From an uncultured Acidobacteriota bacterium (GTDB lineage: Bacteria; Acidobacteriota; Thermoanaerobaculia; UBA5066; Gp7-AA6), in the NCBI GenBank assembly GCA_963733815.1, contig CAVTEG010000006.1, forward strand, positions 289,956 to 353,955: a stretch of 64,000 nucleotides of DNA, read 5' to 3'. How positions within the stretch are numbered: the first letter of the stretch is position 1; each line of letters starts with the position of its first letter. Of the stretch, positions 26,561 through 36,160 are shown one piece after another. A program made the position numbers and the translations under genes. The notes below the pieces were generated by a model. The model saw only the letters and a program-made list of their open reading frames with translations, had not been told where the DNA came from and ran no database searches.

Positions 26561-28719
26561 AACTCCTCGTCGCGGCGGTCGGTCTGCTGCTGGCCGCCAG
26601 TCCACCCAGTCCGGAGACGGAGGCATCGCTGACGGGCTTTTCTCCCGAGCGCGACGCCTGGCAACGCGACTACGAGAAGCGGTTCCTGGCGCTTCCCCAG
26701 CCCGAAGAGTGCGGGGCGATCCTGCGGGAGTTGACCCGGACGCCGCACCTCGCGGGCACCGACGGAAACGCCCGGGTCGCCGCGTTCCTGGCGGCGGAAT
26801 ACAAGAAGGCCGGATTCGACGTGACCATGCCGAGCTACGAGGTGCTCCTGTCGTACCCGAAGACCGCGAAGATCGAGATCCTCGGCGAGCCCGACGTGGC
26901 GCTGGGCCGGGGAGAGCCGGCGATCCCGTCGGATCCCGACACCAACGTCCCGGAAGCCGCGATCCCGTGGAACGCGTACGCGCCGGCCGCCCAGGTCACG
27001 GCGGAGGTCGTCTACGTCAACCGCGGGAGCGCCGAGGACTACGACCGGCTCGCGAAGATGGGCGTGGACGTGCGCGGCAAGATCGCCCTGGCGCGCTACT
27101 TCGGGGGCTACCGCGGCGGCAAGTCCCTGGAGGCCGAGAAGCGCGGCGTCCTGGCCGTGCTGGTCTACTCGGATCCGATCGACGACGGCTGGTTCCAGGG
27201 GCTCGCGTATCCGGACGGACCGTGGGGGCCGTCCTCGCACTTCCAGCGTGGGGCCAACGTCTACGACTTCATCGTCCCGGGCGATCCCCTCACACCCGGT
27301 TGGGCCTCGACGGCCGACGCAAAGAGAATCCCGATCGCGGACTCGGAGATCCTGCCGAAGATGCCGATGATGCCGCTTTCCGCGCGGGACGCCGCCGAGA
27401 TCCTCAAGAGGCTGCGCGGGCCCGCGGTGCCGGAGTCGTCGTGGCAGGGGCTCGCTCTCGCCGACACGTATCGCGTGGGGCCGGGCCCGGTGCGTCTGTC
27501 GCTCGAGATCGACAACACCCGGGAGCGCCGCAAGATCACCAATGTCATCGCCACGCTCAAGGGGACCGACGAGCCCGACCGGAAAGTCCTGCTCTCCAAC
27601 CACTACGACGCCTGGGTCTACGGAGCGGTGGACCCCTCCTCGGGCACGGCCGCGATGCTGTCGCTGGGCCGGGCTCTCGGCAAGCTCGCCGCCGACGGCT
27701 GGCGGCCGCGCCGCACGATCGTCATGGCTTCGTGGGATGCCGAGGAATACACGTTGACCGGGTCGACGGAATGGGGCGAGGAGAACGAGAAGGACTTGAA
27801 GAAGAACGCCGTCGTCTGCATCAACGTGGACGAGGCGACCCACGGGAAGATCTTCTCGCCGTCGGCGTCGCCCCTGCTCTTTCGAGCGATTCGCGAGGCG
27901 GCGCGGGACCTGCCGGATCCGTCCGACTCCAAGCGCAGCCTCGCCGACGCCTGGCGGCAGAACGCCGGGTTCATCGGCGTCCAGAGCTACGCGACTTCGA
28001 CCGGAGCGAGCGAGGAGCTTCCGGTGGCGGTCCTGGGCAGCGGCTCGGACTACACCGTCTTCTTCAACCACATCGGCGTCGCGTCGACCGATCTCGTGTT
28101 CGACGGTCCCTACGGCGTCTACCACTCGGTCTACGACACCTACGAATGGGTGGCGAAGCAGGGCGACCCCGGGTTCCTCTACCACGCGGCGATGGCGAAG
28201 TACGCGGGCCTACTCGCGCTGCGGTTCGCCAACGCCGATACCTTACCGTTCGACGCGTCCGTCTATGGTCTCGAGATCGCCCGATACGCCGACGAGCTGC
28301 GCGGCCTCCCCGCGGCATCGGCGCACTCGGTCGCGCTTTCCGCGCTCGCCCAGAAGGCGCGCGCCTGGAGCGCGGCGGCGGGCCTCGCGCAGAAGGCGAT
28401 CTATTCGCGATTGCACGAGCGGCGCGCAAGCCCTCCGGACTTCAAGGACGCCAACGCATGGCTGTTGTCCCTCGAGCGCGCGGTCCTCGATGCGCCCGGG
28501 ATCCCGGGACGGCCGTGGTTCCGGCACCTGGTCTACGCGCCTCTTCCGTCGTACCGCGCCGAGACGCTTCCGGCGATCCGGGAGGCCATCGTCGAGGGGC
28601 GTTCGGAGTTTGCCGGTCTCCAGATCCGGCGACTCGGAGACCGTCTCGACGCGGCGACGGCGGCGGCCAAGACGGCGGCGGGCGGACCGGCTCCGCGGCC
28701 GACGCCCCGAAAGAAGTAG
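26557..28719 (+). CDS. Secreted M28-family peptidase of the glutamate carboxypeptidase II / transferrin-receptor-like type (PA domain plus dimerisation domain)
   Basis: The ATG overlaps the permease stop (ATGA) and a signal peptide follows. HLAGTDGN..., NHYDAWVYGAVDPSSGTA..., ASWDAEEY..., SGSDYTVF..., YHSVYDT. Confidence 0.86.
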   Translation: MKLLVAAVGLLLAASPPSPETEASLTGFSPERDAWQRDYEKRFLALPQPEECGAILRELTRTPHLAGTDGNARVAAFLAAEYKKAGFDVTMPSYEVLLSYPKTAKIEILGEPDVALGRGEPAIPSDPDTNVPEAAIPWNAYAPAAQVTAEVVYVNRGSAEDYDRLAKMGVDVRGKIALARYFGGYRGGKSLEAEKRGVLAVLVYSDPIDDGWFQGLAYPDGPWGPSSHFQRGANVYDFIVPGDPLTPGWASTADAKRIPIADSEILPKMPMMPLSARDAAEILKRLRGPAVPESSWQGLALADTYRVGPGPVRLSLEIDNTRERRKITNVIATLKGTDEPDRKVLLSNHYDAWVYGAVDPSSGTAAMLSLGRALGKLAADGWRPRRTIVMASWDAEEYTLTGSTEWGEENEKDLKKNAVVCINVDEATHGKIFSPSASPLLFRAIREAARDLPDPSDSKRSLADAWRQNAGFIGVQSYATSTGASEELPVAVLGSGSDYTVFFNHIGVASTDLVFDGPYGVYHSVYDTYEWVAKQGDPGFLYHAAMAKYAGLLALRFANADTLPFDASVYGLEIARYADELRGLPAASAHSVALSALAQKARAWSAAAGLAQKAIYSRLHERRASPPDFKDANAWLLSLERAVLDAPGIPGRPWFRHLVYAPLPSYRAETLPAIREAIVEGRSEFAGLQIRRLGDRLDAATAAAKTAAGGPAPRPTPRKK

Positions 28720-28732
28720 CTCCCGCGACTGT

Positions 28733-29470
28733 CTAGCGGCTGACGACTGTGGCGGGAGCCGGGGCGGCCTCGCCCGTGGTGGACGCCGCGGGCATCGGCT
28801 GCCACCAGCCGAGAATCCGATTCACGTAGGCCACGGTCTCGCGGTAGGGCGGCACGCCGCCGTAGGTATCGACCGCGCCTTCGCCCGCGTTGTACGCCGC
28901 GAGCACCAGCTCGGGGTGATGACCGAAGCGGTCCACCAGCTCGCGCAGGTAGCGCACGCCGCCGCGGACGTTCGACGCCGGATCGAAGGGCTTCTTCACC
29001 TCGAGGCGCCGGGCCGTCGCGGGCATCAGCTGCATCAGTCCCCTCGCGCCCTTGCGCGAGACGGCCCGCGGCTGATAGTTCGACTCGGCTCGAATCAGAG
29101 CGGAGACCATCGACGCGTCCAGGTTCGCACGGCGAGCCTCTTCGTCGATGAGCGCGTCGTAAGCGGTGGCGAAGAGAGGCTTGCGCTCGGGGCGGTACGA
29201 CAGGTCGGCGAGTACGACGCGCGCGGTTTCGTCGTGGACGATCACGGTGTCCACCACCACTTCGTCGTCCACGATGCGCTCCACGCGATCGAGGTCGACC
29301 ATGTAACTGCCGCCGCCGGGGAGCGCGATCTCGAGCTGTTCCGAGAGAACCCGATAGCCGACGGCCTTCACGACCCGGCCGTCCTCGAAGACGACCAGCT
29401 CCGCCCGGGCCGGGGACGCGGCGAGGGAGGAGAGACAGGCAAAGCCCGCCAGGGCGGCAAGACGGCGCAT
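28733..29470 (-). CDS. Lytic transglycosylase (SLT domain) with signal peptide
   Basis: ALIRAESNYQPRAVSRKGARGLMQLMPATA...AAYNAGEGAV. Start taken at MRRLAALAGF. Confidence 0.85.
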   Translation of the reverse strand: MRRLAALAGFACLSSLAASPARAELVVFEDGRVVKAVGYRVLSEQLEIALPGGGSYMVDLDRVERIVDDEVVVDTVIVHDETARVVLADLSYRPERKPLFATAYDALIDEEARRANLDASMVSALIRAESNYQPRAVSRKGARGLMQLMPATARRLEVKKPFDPASNVRGGVRYLRELVDRFGHHPELVLAAYNAGEGAVDTYGGVPPYRETVAYVNRILGWWQPMPAASTTGEAAPAPATVVSR

Positions 29471-29520
29471 TCGGGAGGCGAAACCCGTCCCTCCCGCGGG
29501 GCATTCCGAAAAGGGGGACT

Positions 29521-30483
29521 TCACCGTCCTATTTTCGCACGCCCGGCTCGAGCCGCCCGCGGGTGGTACCGGTCGTAAACCCGGCGCAGCCTCCCCCGCG
29601 AGACCTGCGTGTAGACCTGCGTCGTCGCGATATCGGCATGCCCGAGCATCATCTGGAGGGCCCGGAGATCCGCTCCGTGCTCGAGCATGTGGGTCGCGAA
29701 CGAGTGCCGCAGCCGATGGGGCGTCAGGCGGCTCCGGATGCCGGCGGCGCGGCCGTAACCGTCGATGAGCTGCCAGAACCTCTGACGGGTCATCGCGGCG
29801 CCTCGCGCCGTCAGAAACAGCGACGGCGAGCGCTTGGAGTCCAGGGCGGGACGCGCGGCGTCGAGGTATCGGGCCAGCCAGCGCGCCGCCGATTTGCCAA
29901 ACGGTACGAGCCGCTCCTTGCCCCCCTTTCCGCGGACCCGCAGGATCCCCGCCTCCAGGTCCGGAGCGTCCTTGGGAAGCCCCACGATCTCCGACACGCG
30001 CAGGCCCGAGGCATAGAGAAGCTCGAGCATCGCGCGATCCCGCAGACCCAGAGGCCCCGACGCATCCGGCGCCTCGAGCAGCGCTTCCACCTCGCGTTCC
30101 GAGAGGGCCTTGGGCAGCGCGAGCCCGGCCTTCGGGCTCGCGAGATCCGCTGTCGGATCCTGCTCGAAACCCAGGTGCGCCGCCGCGAACCCGTAGAACC
30201 CCCGCACGGCCGACAGAGCCCTCGCGGTGGACCGCGAAGACAGGCCCCGGGATCGCAGGTGCGCGAGATACCGCCCCAGGTCCGACCGCGAGGTCTTCGA
30301 AGCCGCGAGGCCGCGCGACGCGAGGAATCGCCCAAAGGCTTCGAGGTCGCTGCGGTACGCGGCGACACTCGCTCCCGAAAGCCCGCGCTCGACGGAGAGA
30401 TGGTCCAGATACGTCGGCAGCTCGCGGTCGAGGAAGCGGGTGCCTTCCGCGGAATCTTGCACGACGGGTTTTCGGTGGCGCAT
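29521..30483 (-). CDS. xerD: Tyrosine site-specific recombinase, XerD-like
   Basis: YLDHLSVERGLSGASVAAYRSDL..., LYASGLRVSE..., HRLRHSFATHMLEHGADLRALQMMLGHADIATTQVYT. Confidence 0.85.
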   Translation of the reverse strand: MRHRKPVVQDSAEGTRFLDRELPTYLDHLSVERGLSGASVAAYRSDLEAFGRFLASRGLAASKTSRSDLGRYLAHLRSRGLSSRSTARALSAVRGFYGFAAAHLGFEQDPTADLASPKAGLALPKALSEREVEALLEAPDASGPLGLRDRAMLELLYASGLRVSEIVGLPKDAPDLEAGILRVRGKGGKERLVPFGKSAARWLARYLDAARPALDSKRSPSLFLTARGAAMTRQRFWQLIDGYGRAAGIRSRLTPHRLRHSFATHMLEHGADLRALQMMLGHADIATTQVYTQVSRGRLRRVYDRYHPRAARAGRAKIGR

Positions 30484-30541
30484 CGCTGGTCTGCCGAACC
30501 GGGAACCGATCTTCGCTCCCGTCGGCCGCGTCGAGCGGCCG

Positions 30542-31813
30542 CTATGAGTGCATCGTGGCCGCCGGCGTGAAGCGCTGCACGACTTCGAGGATTTCGTCGT
30601 CCAGCAGCACGTGGTCGCTCTCCTTCGCGCGGCGGAAGATCGCGTCCACCAGCTCGGGCCGCGACTCGATTCCGTGGCTCTCGAGCCAGCACTGAACGTT
30701 CGACAGTCCGCTCATCGGACCGACCTCGATGACCTGGTGGCGTCCGATCATGCTCGCGGGCACGCCCGAGTAGACGCGGTCGGAGAGCCACTCGTCGCCC
30801 TTCTTGCGCGCCTTGATGATCGCGGCGGCGTGCACGCCGGTTCCCGTGCGGAACGCGTCCTTGCCGACGATCGGGTAGTTGTCGGGAATCGGGACCGCTG
30901 TCGCCTCGGAGACGGCCGAGCAGTAATCGTGGAGCCGCGTCAGGTCGCGGTCGATCCACCCCAGCAGCTGCAGGTTGACGAGGAGCTGGTCCATCGGAGT
31001 GTTGCCGACGCGCTCGCCGATTCCGAGCGCGCACGCGTGCACGCGATGCGCCCCGGCCTCCAGCGCCCAGAGCGCGTTGGTTACGCCCAGGCCCCGGTCC
31101 TGGTGTCCGTGCCAGTCCACCTTGACGTCGGGATCGAGATCCGCGGCAAAGGAGCAGACGAACTTCACGAGGTTGCGCACGCCGTCGGGGGTGGCGTGTC
31201 CGACGGTGTCGCAGACGCAGACACGCTTGGCGCCGGCGCGGATCGCGGTCGAGTACATGCGCCGGATGTGGTCCGGCTGCGCGCGGGTCGTGTCCTCGGT
31301 GACGTACATGACCGGCAGCCCTTCGCGGACGGCCAGCGACACGGCGTCCTCGGAGAGCGTGAGCATCCGGTCGAAGTCCCAATCCTCGGCGTACTGGCGG
31401 ATCGGAGACGAGCCGATGAAGCAGGACACCTCGATCGGAATGCCGACCTTCTGCGAGATCTCGATGATCGGAACGATGTCCGCCGCCACGGTGCGCGCCG
31501 CGCAGTTGGGCCGGATCTTCATCTTGGACCGGACGATCTCCTGGGCGAGCCGCGTCACCGTTTCCACCACGTGGGGACCGGCTCCGGGCAGGCCGATGTC
31601 GGCGGAGTCGATCCCGAGCGCCTCCATCAGGTGAAGGATCCGGATCTTCTGGTCCAGCGAGGGGCTCCGGACCGACGGGGACTGCAGCCCGTCGCGGAGC
31701 GTCTCGTCGTCGAGCTCGACTTTCCCCCGCGACGGGACCGCCGTGCCGCCGGCGCGGTTCCAGTCGTAGATGAGGTCGGAGTCCGATGGGTGCACGGCGC
31801 GCTCTTCCATCAC
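30542..31813 (-). CDS. HMGL-like (DRE-TIM) aldolase, LeuA-family protein
   Basis: DDETLRDGLQSP..., DTVGHATP..., HGHQDRGLGVTNAL. About 423 aa. GTG at 31813 or ATG at 31810. Confidence 0.75.
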   Translation of the reverse strand: MMEERAVHPSDSDLIYDWNRAGGTAVPSRGKVELDDETLRDGLQSPSVRSPSLDQKIRILHLMEALGIDSADIGLPGAGPHVVETVTRLAQEIVRSKMKIRPNCAARTVAADIVPIIEISQKVGIPIEVSCFIGSSPIRQYAEDWDFDRMLTLSEDAVSLAVREGLPVMYVTEDTTRAQPDHIRRMYSTAIRAGAKRVCVCDTVGHATPDGVRNLVKFVCSFAADLDPDVKVDWHGHQDRGLGVTNALWALEAGAHRVHACALGIGERVGNTPMDQLLVNLQLLGWIDRDLTRLHDYCSAVSEATAVPIPDNYPIVGKDAFRTGTGVHAAAIIKARKKGDEWLSDRVYSGVPASMIGRHQVIEVGPMSGLSNVQCWLESHGIESRPELVDAIFRRAKESDHVLLDDEILEVVQRFTPAATMHS

Positions 31814-31847
31814 GATTTTAGCACCCGGGTTTCTCGCGTGCCGGCGC

Positions 31848-32627
31848 TCACCGGCCAGTAAACCGCGCCGGGCGCTTTTCGAGGAACGCCGTCATGCCTT
31901 CTTTGGTGTCCGACGTGGCGGCGCACAATCCGAAGAGGGTCGCCTCGAGAACGAGGCCCTCCGACAGCGGCATCTCGAGCCCGCGATGGATCGCCTCGAT
32001 CACGTATCGGCAGGCCACGGGCCCGTTGGCGAGGATCGCCTTGCCCATCTCGCGCGCCGCCGTCAGGGCCTGTCCCGCGGGCACGACCTTGTTGACGAGC
32101 CCGATGCGATAGGCCTCGGCCGCGTCGATCTGCTCGGCGGTCAGGCAGAGCTGCATCGCCCGGCCCTTGCCCACGAGGCGCGCCAGACGCTGGGATCCGC
32201 CATAGCCCGGCAGGATGCCGAGTTTGACCTCCGGCTGGCCGAACCGCGCGTTCTCGGCGGCGATCCGGATCGTGCACGCCAGCGCCAGCTCGCATCCCCC
32301 GCCGAGCGCGTAGCCGTTGACGGCCGCGATCACGGGCTTCCCGAGCGTCTCGAGCTTCGCAAGGACCGCCTGACCCCTGAGTGCGTGCTCGCGTCCCTCC
32401 AGCGGCGAGAGCTTCGCGAGCTCGCCGATGTCGGCGCCGGCGATGAAGGCCTTCTCTCCCGCGCCGGTGATGACGACGACGCCCACGGCCTCGTCGGCGC
32501 GCGCTTCGTCGAGGGCGCGGTCGAGGGCCGACATGACGTCGGAATTCAGCGCATTCAGCTTCTCCGGACGGTTGACGGTCAACGTCCGGATCCGATCCGA
32601 GGTCTCGACCAGAACGAGCTCGCTCAC
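31848..32627 (-). CDS. Enoyl-CoA hydratase (crotonase family)
   Basis: LTVNRPEKLNALN...VVITGAGEKAFIAGADI...AAVNGYALGGGCELA. Confidence 0.9.
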   Translation of the reverse strand: MSELVLVETSDRIRTLTVNRPEKLNALNSDVMSALDRALDEARADEAVGVVVITGAGEKAFIAGADIGELAKLSPLEGREHALRGQAVLAKLETLGKPVIAAVNGYALGGGCELALACTIRIAAENARFGQPEVKLGILPGYGGSQRLARLVGKGRAMQLCLTAEQIDAAEAYRIGLVNKVVPAGQALTAAREMGKAILANGPVACRYVIEAIHRGLEMPLSEGLVLEATLFGLCAATSDTKEGMTAFLEKRPARFTGR

Positions 32628-33484
32628 TTCTCCCCTCCGTACTCGTAGAAGCCGCGGCCGGACTTGCGGCCGTACCGGCCGGCGAGGACCATCCGCTTCA
32701 ACAGCGGCGGCGGCGCGAACCGGGTCTCGCGGTACTCCTGGAACATGATCTCCGCGATGGCGTAGGTCGTGTCGAGACCCACGAAGTCCAGGAGCTTCAG
32801 CGGCCCCATCGGATGGCCACAGCCGAGCTCCATGCCCTTATCGATGTCTTCCTTCGTGCCAACGCCGGCCTCCAGCGCCCGCACGGCATCCAGGATGTAG
32901 GGCACCAGCAGACGATTCACGATGAAGCCCGAGTTGTCCTGCGTGCGGATCGGCTCCTTGCCGAGCGACTTCGCGAAGTCGAACACGGTCTGGAAGGTCG
33001 CGTCCGAGGTCGCGATCGTCCGAACGACTTCCACGAGCTTCATGACCGGAACCGGGTTGAAGAAGTGCAGTCCCGCGAATCGGTCCGGGCGCGAAGTGGC
33101 CGCGGCGAGCTCGGTGATCGTCAGCGACGAAGTGTTCGAGCAGAAGATCGCCTCGGGCCCGCAGATCCCGTCCAGCTTCTTGTAGGTCTCCTTCTTGACG
33201 TCGAGGTTCTCGACGATGGCCTCCAGGACGATGTCGCAGTCCGACAGATCCTCGAGCTTCGTCGTGGACGAGATCCGCCCCCGGACGGCGTCCTTCTCGG
33301 CGGCGGGGAGCTTGCCCTTCTCCACGGCCTTGCCCAGCGAGCCTTCGATCTTCCCGATACCCTTCTTCACGAGGTCCTCGCTGACCTCGCGGACGACCGT
33401 CGTGTAACCCGCCTTGGCGCAGACCTCGGCGATGCCCGAACCCATCAGGCCCGCGCCGAGGACGCCGACTTTACGAATCGCCAT
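32624..33484 (-). CDS. hbd: 3-hydroxybutyryl-CoA dehydrogenase
   Basis: MAIRKVGVLGAGLMGSGIAEV...SNTSSL...HFFNPVPVMKLVE...GFIVNRLL. Confidence 0.9.
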   Translation of the reverse strand: MAIRKVGVLGAGLMGSGIAEVCAKAGYTTVVREVSEDLVKKGIGKIEGSLGKAVEKGKLPAAEKDAVRGRISSTTKLEDLSDCDIVLEAIVENLDVKKETYKKLDGICGPEAIFCSNTSSLTITELAAATSRPDRFAGLHFFNPVPVMKLVEVVRTIATSDATFQTVFDFAKSLGKEPIRTQDNSGFIVNRLLVPYILDAVRALEAGVGTKEDIDKGMELGCGHPMGPLKLLDFVGLDTTYAIAEIMFQEYRETRFAPPPLLKRMVLAGRYGRKSGRGFYEYGGEK

Positions 33485-33815
33485 CGCTTTTCGAATCCTC
33501 CCCTTGCCGCGCCGGAACACCCGGCTCGAGCTCGATCTCGTCTCCCGCGTCCTCGGGCTCGCCGCAGAAGTTGCGCAGCGTCAGGCTGCGAACGAACGCC
33601 GGCCCTGTCAGCGCCAGCATCGGCGTCGCCGGCGCCACCACGATCCAGCCGTTCTCGGTCCAGTGACGGAGGGCCTGGCGGCAGAGGCCGCCTTCGTTGA
33701 GCGTCGTCATCACGGCGTTCAGGTCCCCCGTTCCCCGGGCGCGAAGGTCGCGCAGGAAGTCGTCCACTGCCGCCGCGCGGACGGGGAAGTCGAGGATCCG
33801 CTGGGTCCAGTTCAT
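33471..33815 (-). CDS. Small hypothetical cytoplasmic protein (114 aa, acidic C-terminus)
   Basis: The ATG at 33815 overlaps the stop of the upstream secreted paralog (ATGA). No recognisable motifs. Confidence 0.45.
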   Translation of the reverse strand: MNWTQRILDFPVRAAAVDDFLRDLRARGTGDLNAVMTTLNEGGLCRQALRHWTENGWIVVAPATPMLALTGPAFVRSLTLRNFCGEPEDAGDEIELEPGVPARQGEDSKSDGDS

Positions 33816-34852
33816 GGTCGAAACTCGGGGAAGATGCTCTGGAACTGGGCGCTGGGGTCGTTGGTCACGTTGTCGACGGTCGCCCCGTAGAGGATCGCCA
33901 GCTCGGGGTCGATTGCGACCTTGAGAGTCTGACCGTTCTCGAGCGCCACACCCGCGAAATCGTCGGCGGTGGTCTGCGTGACGGTCGCCGTTTCGTAGCT
34001 CCGCGTGACCGTGTGCACCTCGTTTCCTCCGGCATCCAGAACCGCGACGGTGACTGTGACGGGCGGGTAGAGGACTCGAATCCCGACGTTGTAGCGATAC
34101 CGGTCGAGGTCCGGCGGCAGGAGATAGACCGTGACGCTGGGAATCGGCGTGATGAATTGATCCCGGACTTGGAAGACGGGCTCCGTGAAGCCGCTGGTTC
34201 CCCCCGCGCCGGCGTCGTTGAAGATGCGCGTCACCACGACAGGTGGAAACAGAGCCGAGTCGCCGGTCACATCGAGGCTGCCGAGTCCGCTCTGTCCCAT
34301 CGCGGCGACGACGTCGTCCCAGGCGAAGGATTGACCAGGCGCGAGCGAGTATCCCAGCGAAGGATCGGATGGGCTCTCCGATTGCCCCGCGGGGTGAAAG
34401 ACGATCCGCCCGGAAAGGGGGCTCGTGTTGGGATTCAGGACCTGGAGCGAGGTTTTGAAGAACGAGCCAAAGCTGCCGGGCGTCGACCCCGCGACGGGAA
34501 GCCAGCCCAGGAGCGTGTCGCTCGACGCAGTGGCAGGCGCGAACGAGACGTTGTCGAACCAGGGAGTCAGGATCCCGCGCGCCTGGAGCTTTTCCACGCC
34601 GAGTTCGACGAGAGCCGTGAGGGCTCCGGCGGGTGCCGTCATCGTCGCGCTGTCCTCCAAGGCGGAACCGGAGGCGGGAGACCCTGCCGCATCCGGACTC
34701 CCCCACCGCACCGAGCCGTTCAGGGCGGAGTACCAGCCGTCCAGGTTCTTCGCGAACTCTCCGTTGGTGATCAGGTTTTGGCCGGTGCAGGCCGCGGCCG
34801 CCGCGAGGAGCGCTCCCGCGAGTCCCTTCGTGCGATGCGCCGTCGTCGTCAT
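33812..34852 (-). CDS. Secreted protein of unknown function, paralog 1
   Basis: Signal peptide, then GQNLITNGEFAKNLDGW (CBM-like start). Shares VVTRIFNDAGAGGTSGFTEP and LYGATVDNVTNDPSAQF with 34854..36122. Confidence 0.72.
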   Translation of the reverse strand: MTTTAHRTKGLAGALLAAAAACTGQNLITNGEFAKNLDGWYSALNGSVRWGSPDAAGSPASGSALEDSATMTAPAGALTALVELGVEKLQARGILTPWFDNVSFAPATASSDTLLGWLPVAGSTPGSFGSFFKTSLQVLNPNTSPLSGRIVFHPAGQSESPSDPSLGYSLAPGQSFAWDDVVAAMGQSGLGSLDVTGDSALFPPVVVTRIFNDAGAGGTSGFTEPVFQVRDQFITPIPSVTVYLLPPDLDRYRYNVGIRVLYPPVTVTVAVLDAGGNEVHTVTRSYETATVTQTTADDFAGVALENGQTLKVAIDPELAILYGATVDNVTNDPSAQFQSIFPEFRP

Positions 34853-34853
34853 C

Positions 34854-36122
34854 TCACGCGATCGCGTAGAGGTACGGCATGAACTGGGCGCTCGGGTCGT
34901 TGGTCACGTTGTCGGCCGTCGCGCCGTAAAGGATCAGACCGCCTCCGGAGAACGTGATCCGGAGCGAAGCTCCTGCAGGAAGCGCGAAGCCCCCGAGAAA
35001 GTCCGAGGCCGACTGCTGGATGAAGTAGTCCGCGGGATACGTGTGGCTGACGGAGTGCACGACCGCTCCGGTCGAGTCGCGCACGTCGACCGAGACGGAG
35101 ACGGGTCCGCCTACGGTCCGGAGGCCGATGTTGAAGCGGAACCGATCAACGTCGGCAGGTCCGATTAGGAAGCCGGTCACGGAAACGCCGAGCCCGCCCT
35201 GCACGTCGGCCGCCTCGACCAGCGGCTCGGTGAACCCGCTGGTCCCCGCGGCGCCGGCGTCGTTGAAGATACGCGTCACGACCAGCGGCGGCGTGTCGCC
35301 GTTGACGAAGACGTCCACGCTTCCCAGACCGGTCTGCCCCATGGCCCCGACGAGGTCGTCCCACCCGAAGATCTGGCCGGGGGACAGCGAATATCCGACC
35401 GAAGGATCCGACGCCGACGCCGAGATGCCGGCCGGATGGAAGACGAGCCGTCCCGAGATCGCGTCGAAACCGGTGTTGAGAAGCTGGACTGCCGTCTTGA
35501 AGTTCGAACCGAAGCCTCCGGCGACCGAGCCCGCCACGGGGATGTAGCCCGCAAGGGACTCCGAGGCCGACGAGGCCGGAGCCAGCGAGACGTCGTCGTA
35601 CCAGGCCGAAAGCGTCCCCCCGGCCTCGAGTTTGTCGATTCCGAGCTGGACGTAGGCGGAAACGGCGCCCGCGGGCGCCGTGAAGTGGCTGCTGTCCGAG
35701 AGCCATGTGCCCCTGGTCGTCGGCTGCGTCGTCAGCGCGTTGCCGGCGATGTAACCCGTGCAGTCCGCCCCGGTGTCCCAGTACACGACGGTCTCGGCAA
35801 AGCCCGTCGTGGTCTCGCCGCCGGCGAACTGGACATGCGCCGACAGCACGTATTCGACCCCGGCCGCCACCGGCACGCATTGCGCCAACTCCTGCACGAT
35901 CGCGCCGCTGATCGGATTGGAGCTGGTCAGCGCCGCCGACCCCGAAGAGGACGAGCCGCCGGCGTCCAGCGCCGACCATGCGGCGGTTCCGACGGGGTTG
36001 CCTGACGGCGTCCATCCGTTCAGATTCGTGGCAAAGGATCCGTTCCCGACCAGGTTCTGGCCGGTCGCGAGACCGGCGATCGCAAGAAACGCTCCCGCGA
36101 GACCTCCGACGCGTGGTGCCAT
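34854..36122 (-). CDS. Secreted protein of unknown function, paralog 2 (longer CBM-like N-domain)
   Basis: ATG at 36122 is preceded by GAGGAGG. MAPRVGGLAGAFLAIAGLATGQNLVGNGSFATNLNGW... C-terminal domain is colinear with paralog 1. Confidence 0.72.
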   Translation of the reverse strand: MAPRVGGLAGAFLAIAGLATGQNLVGNGSFATNLNGWTPSGNPVGTAAWSALDAGGSSSSGSAALTSSNPISGAIVQELAQCVPVAAGVEYVLSAHVQFAGGETTTGFAETVVYWDTGADCTGYIAGNALTTQPTTRGTWLSDSSHFTAPAGAVSAYVQLGIDKLEAGGTLSAWYDDVSLAPASSASESLAGYIPVAGSVAGGFGSNFKTAVQLLNTGFDAISGRLVFHPAGISASASDPSVGYSLSPGQIFGWDDLVGAMGQTGLGSVDVFVNGDTPPLVVTRIFNDAGAAGTSGFTEPLVEAADVQGGLGVSVTGFLIGPADVDRFRFNIGLRTVGGPVSVSVDVRDSTGAVVHSVSHTYPADYFIQQSASDFLGGFALPAGASLRITFSGGGLILYGATADNVTNDPSAQFMPYLYAIA

Positions 36123-36160
36123 ACCGACCTCCTCGCGCTCGCGCCGGGCCGTCGAGCCTT

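Noticed and set aside
24179-26626. 815-aa minus-strand ORF
   Set aside because: Antisense to kce and the APC permease, with highly charged low-complexity sequence.
28733-30483. XerD-like recombinase plus lytic transglycosylase as the edge of an integrated mobile element
   Set aside because: The recombinase has the full housekeeping XerC/D motif set. There is no adjacent tRNA, no direct repeats, no phage or conjugation genes, and no compositional shift visible by eye.
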